From Candidatus Methylomirabilota bacterium (GTDB lineage: Bacteria; Acidobacteriota; Terriglobia; Acidiferrales; UBA7541), in the NCBI GenBank assembly GCA_035626055.1, contig DASPOJ010000029.1, positions 1,174-65,173 of the forward strand: a stretch of 64,000 nucleotides of DNA, given 5' to 3'. Shown here piece after piece: positions 1 to 8,904 of this stretch. The number at the start of each line of letters is the position of its first letter. Position 1 is the stretch's first letter. Both the position numbers and the translations under genes were made by a program. Under the pieces are notes generated by a model that saw only the letters and a list, made by a program, of their open reading frames with translations, was not told where the DNA came from and did no database searches.

Positions 1-2384
1 GCATCGACGGCGATCCGCAGCCTGGCGCCATCGTCGTCGGGCGAAATGGCCAACTGATTGCCGGATGGGGCGAGTGGCTCGCCAGTGCGCACGTTCGGTC
101 AGATTTTGGGATTATAGATCTGCGGGCCGAGGCTTCCGGCCCGGGATGGAAGTTGGCTCGAGAGCGGGCGACAACAATTCTGGAGCAGGTGATTCGAATT
201 GCGGAGCTGGCGGGCTGGAATCCAGAACTGGTTTACCCGGCGTCGCAGACGGTTGACCGGCTCATGCGCGATCCGGCTTTGTTGGCGGTTGTTCCCGACG
301 GCAAGGGAGGGACATTCGAGCTTACAAGCGCGGAACAGGAGAAGTTGATCGAGTACGTCGCGCGCGGCGGGACTTTGATCTTCGCTCCTGATCTGCCTTC
401 CAGCAGCAGCCTTGCCCAGTTGTGGAGCGGTCCCGCGACCCCCGTGGCCGGTCCGAACGAACTGCGAGCGTCGCGTCATGCTTACGGGCGGGGCGCCGTG
501 ATTGAATGGAACCAAGATTTTTTCTCCTCGGTGATGCTTGAAGACTCATTGGAAGTTCAAAGCTCGCAGGATGCGACCGCCCAGGCAGCCCAAAGCCTGG
601 CCTCTGTGCTAGTGGACGCCGGCGCGACAGCCACGGCAAAACAGTTAGACAAGATGTCGCCCGTGAGCCCGTTGCTGATTTCCGAGTTGGTGGCGGACGG
701 CCCTTCCGCGGGAGGAGTCTCGCCTGCGGCCAGTTGCAGTACCCGGCCTTTGTGCGCTGCTGCTCTGGTGAGTCTCACAAATCTGGACCCACTCGAGCCC
801 AAGGAGGCTGACCTCGAGTTGCTTGCGCCTCCTCTCCACCCCAGGGCGGAGGTTGGAGGCAGCATCGAGCTTCACGCCACGGTTCCCGCACACGATTCAC
901 TGCTGCTGCCGGTTCGGGCTTCTCTTTGCACGACGGCAAAAATGCCCGGAGATTGCCAAGATGAACTCTTGTACGCGGGCGCGGAGTTGCTGGGCGTCGA
1001 GGCCGACGGCAATGCGCTGGACTTGACGTTTTACGCACCTGCGCGCGCCACGGTGCTACTGCGACTGGGCAGCCAGCCCGAGCGGATCGAGCTCGACGGG
1101 GATGAAGTCGAAGGATCTTGGGTCCCCGGAAATCACGTGCTCACCGTGACTCTTCTGCGCGGCGCAGCTCCGGATTATCTACGGGTACTCAAGCTTTATC
1201 TTCGCTACAAACCGCGCGTCGACGAAAAGCTAAACCCGTCCAAGCAGCGGCGCTCGATCTACGAGGCGTCCGTCGTAAATGCAGTGCGTTTTCCGCTGGG
1301 CCAAAATGCTTCGCTGGTGACTTCGCCCGCGCTGTTGATCTTGCAAGAAGAAAAGGAGGATTGGCTCGTTCTGCGCACGATCAATCGCGGCCCTTTGGAA
1401 GAATCTCTGACGGCCCGGGTGGACGGGCCCGCGCGTGGCTCGACTTACGTGCGCGTGAGTCCCGGAGCGACTGACCTCAGTCGTATCAAACTTGAGCCGA
1501 CGGGCACTAGCGAGGCCGGGGTTGAAGGTTCCGCGCTGAGCCAAGACGAACTGACATTGCAGAGCAAAGGGGAACGCACAGTGATTCCTCTCGCGTTTGC
1601 GGACTTGAGGGAAGGCGGGCCAATCCACTACCAATTTGACTTCGATCGCGACGGGGCGCCCGAATGGACGCTGGAAACAAATGCGTTGCGACTCGTGTTT
1701 TGTCCGCGCGACGGCGGAAGGGCCGTCGCGCTGGTCTCAAAAATCTCCGGAGAGAACTTGACGACCGTGACGGGCGCGCTGCGGGATTGGTTCCTGCCAG
1801 CTGGCGCAGATCAGCCCAAGGATTTTACTTTCAATCGATCGTACGATGCCGAGTGGACAAGCGCCGACAACCAGCCCGGTTTGCGGATGAGATATCGCGC
1901 AGCGGAAGCAGGGCCCGGCGGCGCGACAATTGAGAAAGCCATTTCGCTCGTTTCGCCCGACGCATTTGAGGTGCACTATCGTGTCACTCTCGATTCGGCA
2001 GCGGGCGCTCCGCCCGCTGAGGAAATGCAATTCATCACGGCGAGCCGCGTGCCGGCAACGCAGGCGGATCCGGACGGAACCGAAATCTGCTGGTCCGCCT
2101 CTCCGGCAGTGCAGGCGGCACAGACTGCGAATCCACCCGCCGAGACGTGCGCTCCTTTCGTTACCGGAGACGGTTCCGATGGGCCGCCACGTGCGCTTCC
2201 ATCGGATGTGACCCACTTGGAGATTCGCACGCCGGGAAGCGCCAGCCTTCGTTTGGAGTGGACCGCTGGGGAGATGAGCCTGCATATGGAGAACGGAGAT
2301 GTCCTCCTGCAGTTGGCGTTGCCGCTGGGCTCCGGCACTCCCGCGGAGGCGGTGATGCGTTACACTGTGTTTATGTCCCCTTAG
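1..2384 (+). CDS. Hypothetical protein, 5' partial (reading frame is open to the window edge)
   Basis: The frame of ORF 153..2384 has no stop back to nt 3, and the listed TTG at 153 is probably internal. High GC3 throughout. No diagnostic motif recognised; the N-terminal part vaguely resembles a GH42M/ThuA-like amidotransferase fold. Confidence 0.6.
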   Translation, partial: IDGDPQPGAIVVGRNGQLIAGWGEWLASAHVRSDFGIIDLRAEASGPGWKLARERATTILEQVIRIAELAGWNPELVYPASQTVDRLMRDPALLAVVPDGKGGTFELTSAEQEKLIEYVARGGTLIFAPDLPSSSSLAQLWSGPATPVAGPNELRASRHAYGRGAVIEWNQDFFSSVMLEDSLEVQSSQDATAQAAQSLASVLVDAGATATAKQLDKMSPVSPLLISELVADGPSAGGVSPAASCSTRPLCAAALVSLTNLDPLEPKEADLELLAPPLHPRAEVGGSIELHATVPAHDSLLLPVRASLCTTAKMPGDCQDELLYAGAELLGVEADGNALDLTFYAPARATVLLRLGSQPERIELDGDEVEGSWVPGNHVLTVTLLRGAAPDYLRVLKLYLRYKPRVDEKLNPSKQRRSIYEASVVNAVRFPLGQNASLVTSPALLILQEEKEDWLVLRTINRGPLEESLTARVDGPARGSTYVRVSPGATDLSRIKLEPTGTSEAGVEGSALSQDELTLQSKGERTVIPLAFADLREGGPIHYQFDFDRDGAPEWTLETNALRLVFCPRDGGRAVALVSKISGENLTTVTGALRDWFLPAGADQPKDFTFNRSYDAEWTSADNQPGLRMRYRAAEAGPGGATIEKAISLVSPDAFEVHYRVTLDSAAGAPPAEEMQFITASRVPATQADPDGTEICWSASPAVQAAQTANPPAETCAPFVTGDGSDGPPRALPSDVTHLEIRTPGSASLRLEWTAGEMSLHMENGDVLLQLALPLGSGTPAEAVMRYTVFMSP

Positions 2385-2443
2385 CTGTGGACCGCCTGGA
2401 GGACCCCGATTGCCGCATTCGGCATCTGAGTAGACTGAATCCC

Positions 2444-3307
2444 ATGAGCGCGTACAGAACACGGTTTGCTGCACTGATGGTGGTCCTGCTGTGGGCGGCT
2501 TTGCCGCCTGTTTCGACGGCGCAACAGCAGAACGGACCTGTGGCGGCTCCTTCGACCGGCGACATCGTGCGCATTCCTAACAGTCCGGCCCCGGAGGCGC
2601 CTCCGATTCCCCCGGAGGAAATCATTCAGCGGTTTGCGGCGCACGAGGATGAATACGCGAAGGCCCGGGATTCCTTCAGCTATCATAAGAAACTGCTATT
2701 AGAAGAGATCGGAGAGGACGGCAAGCCTGCCTATCAGGCCGAAGTGGATACTGTGCCTCAAGTGGGTTCCGACGGCACTCGATACGAGCACCTTGTCGAT
2801 AAACCGAAATCGACGCTCAAGATTTTGCGCCTTACGCCTGAAGATCTTCAGACCTTCGCTTCGCTCGCCGCGTTTCCGTTGACGACGGATCAGTTACCGA
2901 ATTACACGATCAAGTACCAAGGAAAGCAACCTCTCGACGAGTTGCAAACCTACATCTTTTCGGTGGAACCGAAGCGACTCGATCGCCGGCGTCCCTATTT
3001 TTCTGGAGTGGTCTGGGTGGACGATCATGATTTGGCAATTGTGAAGACCTACGGCCGGTGGGTGACGGAATTGGGAGACGTCACTTCCCCGGAACTCCCA
3101 TTCAATACGTTCGAGACCTACCGCCAGCCCGTGGGTGACAACTGGTTTCCCGCGTATTTTAGAGCAGACAGCCAGGTCACTTTGAAGGATGTAACCGTCC
3201 CGATTCGCCTGGTGATTTTCTGGACGGATTACACTCCTTTTTCGGCGGTGAAAACGACCGCTCCTGTCGCCACACCCTCCGCAGGGCCGCCGGCTCCTCC
3301 CCGTTGA
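2444..3307 (+). CDS. Secreted hypothetical protein (possible LolA/RseB-like fold)
   Basis: Internal ATG at 2444 gives MSAYRTRFAALMVVLLWAALPPVSTAQQ, a clear signal peptide. The ORF upstream of 2444 overlaps the preceding gene. The fold suggestion is weak. Confidence 0.6.
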   Translation: MSAYRTRFAALMVVLLWAALPPVSTAQQQNGPVAAPSTGDIVRIPNSPAPEAPPIPPEEIIQRFAAHEDEYAKARDSFSYHKKLLLEEIGEDGKPAYQAEVDTVPQVGSDGTRYEHLVDKPKSTLKILRLTPEDLQTFASLAAFPLTTDQLPNYTIKYQGKQPLDELQTYIFSVEPKRLDRRRPYFSGVVWVDDHDLAIVKTYGRWVTELGDVTSPELPFNTFETYRQPVGDNWFPAYFRADSQVTLKDVTVPIRLVIFWTDYTPFSAVKTTAPVATPSAGPPAPPR

Positions 3308-3331
3308 TCGGCGACGCTGGCCGGAATCGTG

Positions 3332-3985
3332 TTACTGGTTCAGTGTTGAGAGCAGTCGCGGAAGGTCGGCGACCGAATCAATCATTGCGTCCGGACGCGT
3401 CGCGCGGAGCCGCACAGGCACAGGCGATGTCCCCACCACACCTACCGAAGCGACGCCGGCGCGCCGGGCCATTTCGATATCCTCCGGCGCATCCCCGATG
3501 TAGACGCACTCATCGGCTGCAAGACGCATTCGCAGGAGCGCAAGGCCCAATAGGGCCGGATGAGGTTTCCGGCGTGTCGCGTCTTCGCTGAAGACACGCG
3601 CAGCAAAGCAACCGCCAACGCCGAGTTTCCGCAGTTGCTTCCGGACACGTTCGCGACTACCGCTCGTCACCAGCCCCAGGGCGTATTTCCGGCCCAGAGT
3701 GGAGAGCACGCCTCGCGCGCCCGGGAACAATCGCGCATCGTCGTAGCGATAGTAGCGGCGCCAGAGACGGTCAGCCTCGTCCCATCGGAACCGCGGGATT
3801 CGCGCGGCGCGATAGACGTTATACCAGTTGGGGGAATAGCACTTCTTGAGTTCCTTGAGTCCCCAGGCGATGCCCAGTACATGAAACATTTCCAAATAGG
3901 CATGCGCGTCCGCTCGATAAGAATCCAGAAGCGTGCCGTCCCAATCCAGCAACACGCCTCTCAGGCGGAGGGTCCGTGGAAGCAT
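3332..3985 (-). CDS. HAD-superfamily hydrolase (phosphoglycolate phosphatase-like)
   Basis: N-terminal LLDWDGTLLDS (DxDGT motif I), a later SG motif, and GDAPEDIEMARRAG (motif IV). Confidence 0.85.
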   Translation of the reverse strand: MLPRTLRLRGVLLDWDGTLLDSYRADAHAYLEMFHVLGIAWGLKELKKCYSPNWYNVYRAARIPRFRWDEADRLWRRYYRYDDARLFPGARGVLSTLGRKYALGLVTSGSRERVRKQLRKLGVGGCFAARVFSEDATRRKPHPALLGLALLRMRLAADECVYIGDAPEDIEMARRAGVASVGVVGTSPVPVRLRATRPDAMIDSVADLPRLLSTLNQ

Positions 3986-4066
3986 CCTAGCACTATGGTC
4001 GTGCCACGTGCGGAGGAAGCGGCCGGCCCTCCTGGCACGACGATTCGCCGCAAATAGCTGGGCAAA

Positions 4067-4579
4067 TCACAAGGGATGGCAACGCTGCGGGACAGGGTCG
4101 TCGCGTTGAAAGCTGATGTCGTCAAACATGGCGGCGAGCCCGTGCATGCCCTTGATCCTAGCGTGGCCCATGCGGACGATGTGGGCCTCGGTCACCATGC
4201 GCACGCTGCCTCGGCGAGATTGCCGCTCGACCAAGGCAACTTCGAGATTGATCGGAGTCCCCGGCTCAAGAGGAACCGGACAGAGAAAATAGACACCGCT
4301 TGAACTGATGTTTTGCGTGTGCAACTGCAGGTGCCTCTCCGGGCGCTGGCCAGCGATCCGCGTCAGACGAAGCCCCAGGCGCATTCTTGCGCGCGCATAG
4401 TTTCGCCGCTCGTTGGGCACTTGCACCGTATGCGTGGGAACGCGGCGGATACCGCGAGGGCGAGCACGTTCCACCCACTGAGGCGCTTCGGGCCAGCCGG
4501 TCACAGCGGCAGCGTAGATCCCGCCAGCCGAAGCGTGTTTACCTTCAGTAGATTCCTTTGGGATGCGAGCAGCGCGCAT
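4067..4579 (-). CDS. PilZ domain protein (putative c-di-GMP receptor)
   Basis: RRNYAR (RxxxR) followed by QNISSSG (D/NxSxxG). Start chosen at the ATG preceded by AGAGGGAG; the listed ORF extends to 4621. Confidence 0.7.
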   Translation of the reverse strand: MRAARIPKESTEGKHASAGGIYAAAVTGWPEAPQWVERARPRGIRRVPTHTVQVPNERRNYARARMRLGLRLTRIAGQRPERHLQLHTQNISSSGVYFLCPVPLEPGTPINLEVALVERQSRRGSVRMVTEAHIVRMGHARIKGMHGLAAMFDDISFQRDDPVPQRCHPL

Positions 4580-4784
4580 ACTTCTCCCTCTTTCCACGTT
4601 CCAGGCGCCGCTCGCAGACACTATCTACTTCGCTGCCGCACGCGTCAAAGGAATCAAACCTCGCAGTGTCTTATGAACTACCTCACGGTTCAGCCGGATT
4701 GGCCGCCGCTGCGCGGAGGGCCATTCGGATTTGAGCGCTAGAATCGGATAGAATTTCAAACGGAAGTGTCCCAATCTGGCCGCT

Positions 4785-5921
4785 GTGAGGCTGAACTCAA
4801 GGATGAATTCGCGGGTCAAGTTCAGGCAGACATCGGGGCGCGACTCCCAGAAATGTTGGAATGCGATTCAGCGCCGGGATGCCGCCCTCGACGGAGCGTT
4901 CGTGTACGCGGTCCGCTCGACGGGCATCTATTGCAGGCCATCGTGCCCCTCGCGCAGGCCGCGACGCGCGCAGGTGCTTTTCTTTCGCGGTCCGGACGCG
5001 GCAGAGTGCGCCGGGTATCGCGAATGCCGCCGTTGCAAGCCGCGAAATTTCTCTGGGGCCGCCCGGGACCCCGCGACGGCAACCGTGGCTCGTGCATGCC
5101 GGCAAATCGAAGAGAACGGCGAAGAAGCACTTCGCTTGGGCGTTCTCGCAAGAAATGCAGACTTGAGTTCGCACCAACTAAGCCGGGCATTCCGCCGCGT
5201 GATCGGCCTCACGCCGCGGCAATACGCGGATGCTGTACGCTTGGGCCGCTTGAAGCGGCGCTTGCAAAAGGGAGACGACGTGACCACAGCACTGTATGAA
5301 GCAGGGTACGGCTCCGCGAGCCGTCTTTACGAACGTTCCGATGCGCAACTTGGAATGACGCCCGCCACATATCGCAAAGGGGGGCGAGGAATGCAACTCA
5401 CGTTCTCAGTAGCCCATTGCGCGCTCGGACGCGTCCTGGTGGCTGAAACCGCAAAGGGAATCTCCGCCATCTATTTGGGGGACTCTGCTACCTCGCTTGA
5501 GCGCGAATTACGGAGGGAGTACCCACGAGCCGAGATTTCACGCCGCTCGGGACATCACTCGGAATGGGTGAGCGCCGTGGTGCGCCATTTGGCCGGCCGG
5601 CAACCTCATCTCGATTTGCCGACGGATGTACAAGCGACGGCCTTCCAACGCCGGGTGTGGGAGGCTCTTCGAAAGATTCCTTATGGCGCGACCCGCACCT
5701 ACGGGCAGGTCGCCCACTCGCTGGGTCTCGCGCGGGGGATGCGGGCGGTTGCGCGAGCGTGCGCCACGAATCCCGTCTCCATTGTCGTTCCCTGCCATCG
5801 GGTGATACGCAAGGACGGCGGGTTGGGAGGTTATCGCTGGGGGTTGGAGCGAAAGGAAGCGCTCATCGAACATGAGCGGCGGCAACTGGGACAGAGCACC
5901 CCTGGAGCGGCTCGGAAATAG
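4785..5921 (+). CDS. ada: Bifunctional Ada-like protein: Ada Zn-binding domain, AraC HTH and O6-methylguanine-DNA methyltransferase
   Basis: FVYAVRSTGIYCRPSCPSRRP (Ada N-terminal Cys cluster), a central AraC-type HTH region, and the C-terminal PCHRVI active-site motif of MGMT. The start may instead be the ATG at 4803. Confidence 0.85.
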   Translation: MRLNSRMNSRVKFRQTSGRDSQKCWNAIQRRDAALDGAFVYAVRSTGIYCRPSCPSRRPRRAQVLFFRGPDAAECAGYRECRRCKPRNFSGAARDPATATVARACRQIEENGEEALRLGVLARNADLSSHQLSRAFRRVIGLTPRQYADAVRLGRLKRRLQKGDDVTTALYEAGYGSASRLYERSDAQLGMTPATYRKGGRGMQLTFSVAHCALGRVLVAETAKGISAIYLGDSATSLERELRREYPRAEISRRSGHHSEWVSAVVRHLAGRQPHLDLPTDVQATAFQRRVWEALRKIPYGATRTYGQVAHSLGLARGMRAVARACATNPVSIVVPCHRVIRKDGGLGGYRWGLERKEALIEHERRQLGQSTPGAARK

Positions 5922-5956
5922 AGGAGAGCGGGAACGGATGCGTTCCGCAAGCGGAC

Positions 5957-6718
5957 TCAGGTTTGCGGCTTGACTCGCGTCGCTCCCTTGGGCCAGTTCG
6001 GCTTGAATCGTTCATCGGGGAGCCTTACGTTGCGAACGACATTGGTGTAACGAATGATGAAGTAATCGCCGGAACCCGTCTCGAGGAATTTTTGTTGCGC
6101 GGGCAGCCAGGTGGCTTCGTCCAGCCAGATTTGAATCGTGGACACTTGCTTGCGCACCTGCTCGTCCTTCGGCGCAAGCTCCAGCAAAATCACTTTACGA
6201 TTGTCCAGCGCCTCTTCGTCCTGCAGAGTGATGACGTAGTTCTTCCGGAGTGACGCACCCGGAGTTCCGAACCCGAGCAGCAGGAACTGGTCGACCATAG
6301 CCTTGTTCTTGCCAAGGTCATATTCCTCGACCCGGTTGATTTTGGGATTGAAGAGGTAGAGATTCGCGCCGTCGCGCAAGATGGTACGCGGGTCCGGCTG
6401 CGTGAATTCAATGCGCATCTTGTCGTCGTGCCGGACGAGAATCTGGCCGCTTTCGGTGGAACGATCATCCACCACGACCGTCACTTTCGTGTACTCGATG
6501 TCCGCGGTCAGACTCCTGAAATTCTTGGCTTCGTTGTCGAGTTGACGCAGGACCGTCTCCACCGTCCAAGGGATTTGCTGTCCGGCCCGCACGGGAATCG
6601 AGGCGAGACAATCCGCCAGGAACGTCAGGGCGGCGAGCGCTGCGATGCATCTTGGCCAAAATCCGAGCAACGAACTCTCTCCAGAATGTGTGGAAGCGCG
6701 AGGAGGGCATCCTACCAC
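5957..6718 (-). CDS. LolA-like outer-membrane lipoprotein carrier / sorting protein
   Basis: Hydrophobic N-terminus, then LRQLDNEAKNFRSLTADIEYTKV...GQILVRHDDKMRIEF...DGANLYLFNPKINRVEEYDL, which is typical of the LolA-like family. Start uncertain. Confidence 0.7.
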   Translation of the reverse strand: MVGCPPRASTHSGESSLLGFWPRCIAALAALTFLADCLASIPVRAGQQIPWTVETVLRQLDNEAKNFRSLTADIEYTKVTVVVDDRSTESGQILVRHDDKMRIEFTQPDPRTILRDGANLYLFNPKINRVEEYDLGKNKAMVDQFLLLGFGTPGASLRKNYVITLQDEEALDNRKVILLELAPKDEQVRKQVSTIQIWLDEATWLPAQQKFLETGSGDYFIIRYTNVVRNVRLPDERFKPNWPKGATRVKPQT

Positions 6719-6777
6719 ATCCCGTTAGATGTGATGGGGAGTGAAGCAGTTACATGGTGCGGAACAGAAAAGGGAAC

Positions 6778-7173
6778 TTAGGGCTTAATGGTAACGTCGT
6801 AAGAAGCGACCGTGCCATTGTCGCCGCGAATCGGTTCGATCCTAAGAATTTGGAACCCGCCGCGCTTCAACGAGTCCACATTCTTGCGCATTGCGTCGTG
6901 CAGATCGTGCTCGAGTTCCGGAGTTCGAATCGGCGAGGCCAGGAGTCGCGCATCCACTCGATAGGTTTGCGTCGCTTCCGACGAGTCGGCGCTCTTCAGG
7001 AGCACGAGGGATTGCGCGGCGGGCGGACCGACCGCGGACTGGTCATGGAACCACGAGCGCGGCGAGAGAAGCACGAATACAACGATGGCAATCACCGCGA
7101 CGTCGTACGGCCAAGTCCCGCGTTCATACGACCAGAAGACCGTACGAACGAGAATGCGCCAAAGCCTACGCAT
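6778..7173 (-). CDS. Bitopic membrane protein, unknown function
   Basis: ATG at 7173 gives MRRLWRILVRTVFW...PYDVAVIAIVVFVLL (one TM helix) plus a roughly 90-aa soluble domain. It starts 4 nt after the stop of the upstream ATPase gene. High GC3. Confidence 0.6.
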   Translation of the reverse strand: MRRLWRILVRTVFWSYERGTWPYDVAVIAIVVFVLLSPRSWFHDQSAVGPPAAQSLVLLKSADSSEATQTYRVDARLLASPIRTPELEHDLHDAMRKNVDSLKRGGFQILRIEPIRGDNGTVASYDVTIKP

Positions 7174-7177
7174 GGTC

Positions 7178-7861
7178 TCACTCGGAAAGTTCACCGTCCA
7201 CAATGGCGCCGTCGCGCATGTGAATGACGCGGTCGGCATACGCGGCAGCCTCTGGATTGTGCGTGATCATGATGATGGTTTGGCCGAAGTCCTTGTTGAG
7301 CTGCCGCAGCATGGTGAGCACGGTCTCGGAATTCTTGCTGTCGAGATTTCCCGTGGGCTCGTCCGCGAGGATGAGCTTCGGCTCGTTAATAATGGCGCGC
7401 GCAATCGCCACGCGCTGTTGTTCGCCGCCCGACAATTCGGACGGCCGATGGTGCAACCGGTCGGTCAAGCCCAGCATGCGGGTCACAACCTCGAAACGAT
7501 GCGGATCGAAACCGTCGCCGTGAATATGTTGCGCGATGGCAATGTTGCCATACGCGTCGAGGGTAGGAAGCAAGTTGAACCGTTGGAAAACGAATCCGAT
7601 TTTATGGCGGCGGAGCTTGGTTCGTTGGGCATCGCCCATGGTAACGAGGTCGTTCCCGTCAATCAGGACGCGCCCCTTCGTGGCCCGTGCCAGTCCGCCG
7701 AGGATGTAAAGCAGCGACGACTTCCCGCACCCGGACGGCCCCATCACGGCAACCGATTCACTGGGCAGCACCTGAAACGCAAGTCCCCGGAGCGCGGTGA
7801 CTTCGAGTTTGCCGCTGCGATAAACTTTCCAAAGATTCTCGACTGAGAGTATCGGCTCCAC
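7178..7861 (-). CDS. ABC transporter ATP-binding protein, LolD/MacB/FtsE-type
   Basis: Walker [10 protein letters not shown], signature [14 protein letters not shown], Walker [14 protein letters not shown]-loop ITHN. Confidence 0.9.
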   Translation of the reverse strand: MEPILSVENLWKVYRSGKLEVTALRGLAFQVLPSESVAVMGPSGCGKSSLLYILGGLARATKGRVLIDGNDLVTMGDAQRTKLRRHKIGFVFQRFNLLPTLDAYGNIAIAQHIHGDGFDPHRFEVVTRMLGLTDRLHHRPSELSGGEQQRVAIARAIINEPKLILADEPTGNLDSKNSETVLTMLRQLNKDFGQTIIMITHNPEAAAYADRVIHMRDGAIVDGELSE

Positions 7862-8105
7862 GAATGGATCCCTTGCTGGCAGCTCACCTCGGCAGGCGAA
7901 GCTATTCTAGCCGCGAACGCTGATTCTGCCTAGCATGGATCTCCGAGAGGGCGCCGCCGAGTCTCTCGCGCGCCTTCTGGTGAATGCCCGAACGCGAATC
8001 ACACACGGCCGGCGGCGCAGGAGCCGTGGAATCTTCAGCACAATTCTCAAACTCCCCGAGCTGAGGCGATCCCGCCGCGCGCTGGCCCCGCTACGATTCA
8101 GCTCC

Positions 8106-8729
8106 CTATTGTCCCGGAGGATTCTTCGGGGGAGTCTGCGGAGCCGGGCGCGGAGTGGCTGACGCCGGCTTCACGGGGTACGCTTGATCGTAGAGCTGCA
8201 CGATCTGGGCCGTGATGTCCACTTGGTTGGCCCCGTAAATCACCAGGTTGCTCTGCGAAGTGTCCAGCACGACAGCGAATCCGTTCTCGCGGGCGTACCG
8301 ATCAATGACGTCGAGCATCTTGCGGCCGATGCGATTCAAGACGTCGTCCTGAGCCGCTTGCAGTTCCTCCTGGAGATCGTCCTGGCTGCGCTGGATCTTG
8401 TGGGTCAGCAATTCGGCCTGCCGTTGCAGCCTGGCTTTTTCTTCGTCGCTCAGCGTGCGGTCACCCGTGGACAGGCGGGTCTGAATCTCATCGTACTGCT
8501 TCTGCATGTTCTGCATCTCGGTCTGCTTGGGGGCGAACTGCGACTGCAATTCGGCAGAAGCTTCTTTTCCTTCCGCAGTCCCAATGATTGCATTCCGGAC
8601 GCTGATCGTGGCGATCTTGGTGGGGGCAGCTGCAGCGGCGCTGCCACCCTGGGCCCATGCCATAGCCGCGGGCACCAAGAGGGCCGCCACAGCCGCCAGC
8701 AGGCATTTGCACATAGAATTAACTTTCAT
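8106..8729 (-). CDS. skp: OmpH/Skp periplasmic chaperone
   Basis: Signal peptide MKVNSMCKCLLAAVAALLVPAAMAWAQ, a long Q/E/K-rich coiled region, and C-terminal YARENGFAVVLD typical of Skp. ATG at 8729 has AAGGAG 5 nt upstream. Confidence 0.85.
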   Translation of the reverse strand: MKVNSMCKCLLAAVAALLVPAAMAWAQGGSAAAAAPTKIATISVRNAIIGTAEGKEASAELQSQFAPKQTEMQNMQKQYDEIQTRLSTGDRTLSDEEKARLQRQAELLTHKIQRSQDDLQEELQAAQDDVLNRIGRKMLDVIDRYARENGFAVVLDTSQSNLVIYGANQVDITAQIVQLYDQAYPVKPASATPRPAPQTPPKNPPGQ

Positions 8730-8771
8730 TCCCACTCCTTGTCATGTCCCTGTAAGTTTTACAAATGGCGC

Positions 8772-8801
8772 ATTATAGTGGCCCATTTTTGCGGGCGTCA
8801 A
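8772..8801 (-). promoter_or_regulatory. Sigma70-type promoter candidate for skp (TTGACG-N18-TATAAT)
   Basis: Read on the minus strand: TTGACG (8801..8796), an 18-nt spacer, then TATAAT (8777..8772), about 43 nt upstream of the skp ATG. Confidence 0.5.
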
Positions 8802-8904
8802 TCGAAATAAAGCGCCCTAGCGATCCGCCCTCACCCGGCACCCAACGCGGGGCAAGCTCCGTCTCTTTCGTTGCGTCCCCGCGAAGGGGCGGAAGCGCAC
8901 GCCT

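Noticed and set aside
3845-3860. Tandem CTTGAGT-TC-CTTGAGT, which matches the HAIR left half-site twice.
   Set aside because: It is a direct repeat, not an inverted one. It lies inside the HAD hydrolase coding sequence, far from any promoter. Most likely coincidental.
8850-8904. GC-rich CCCC-TTCGC-GGGG element just downstream of the giant lipoprotein gene, considered as a terminator.
   Set aside because: It has only a 4-bp stem and no U-tract, which is too weak to call.
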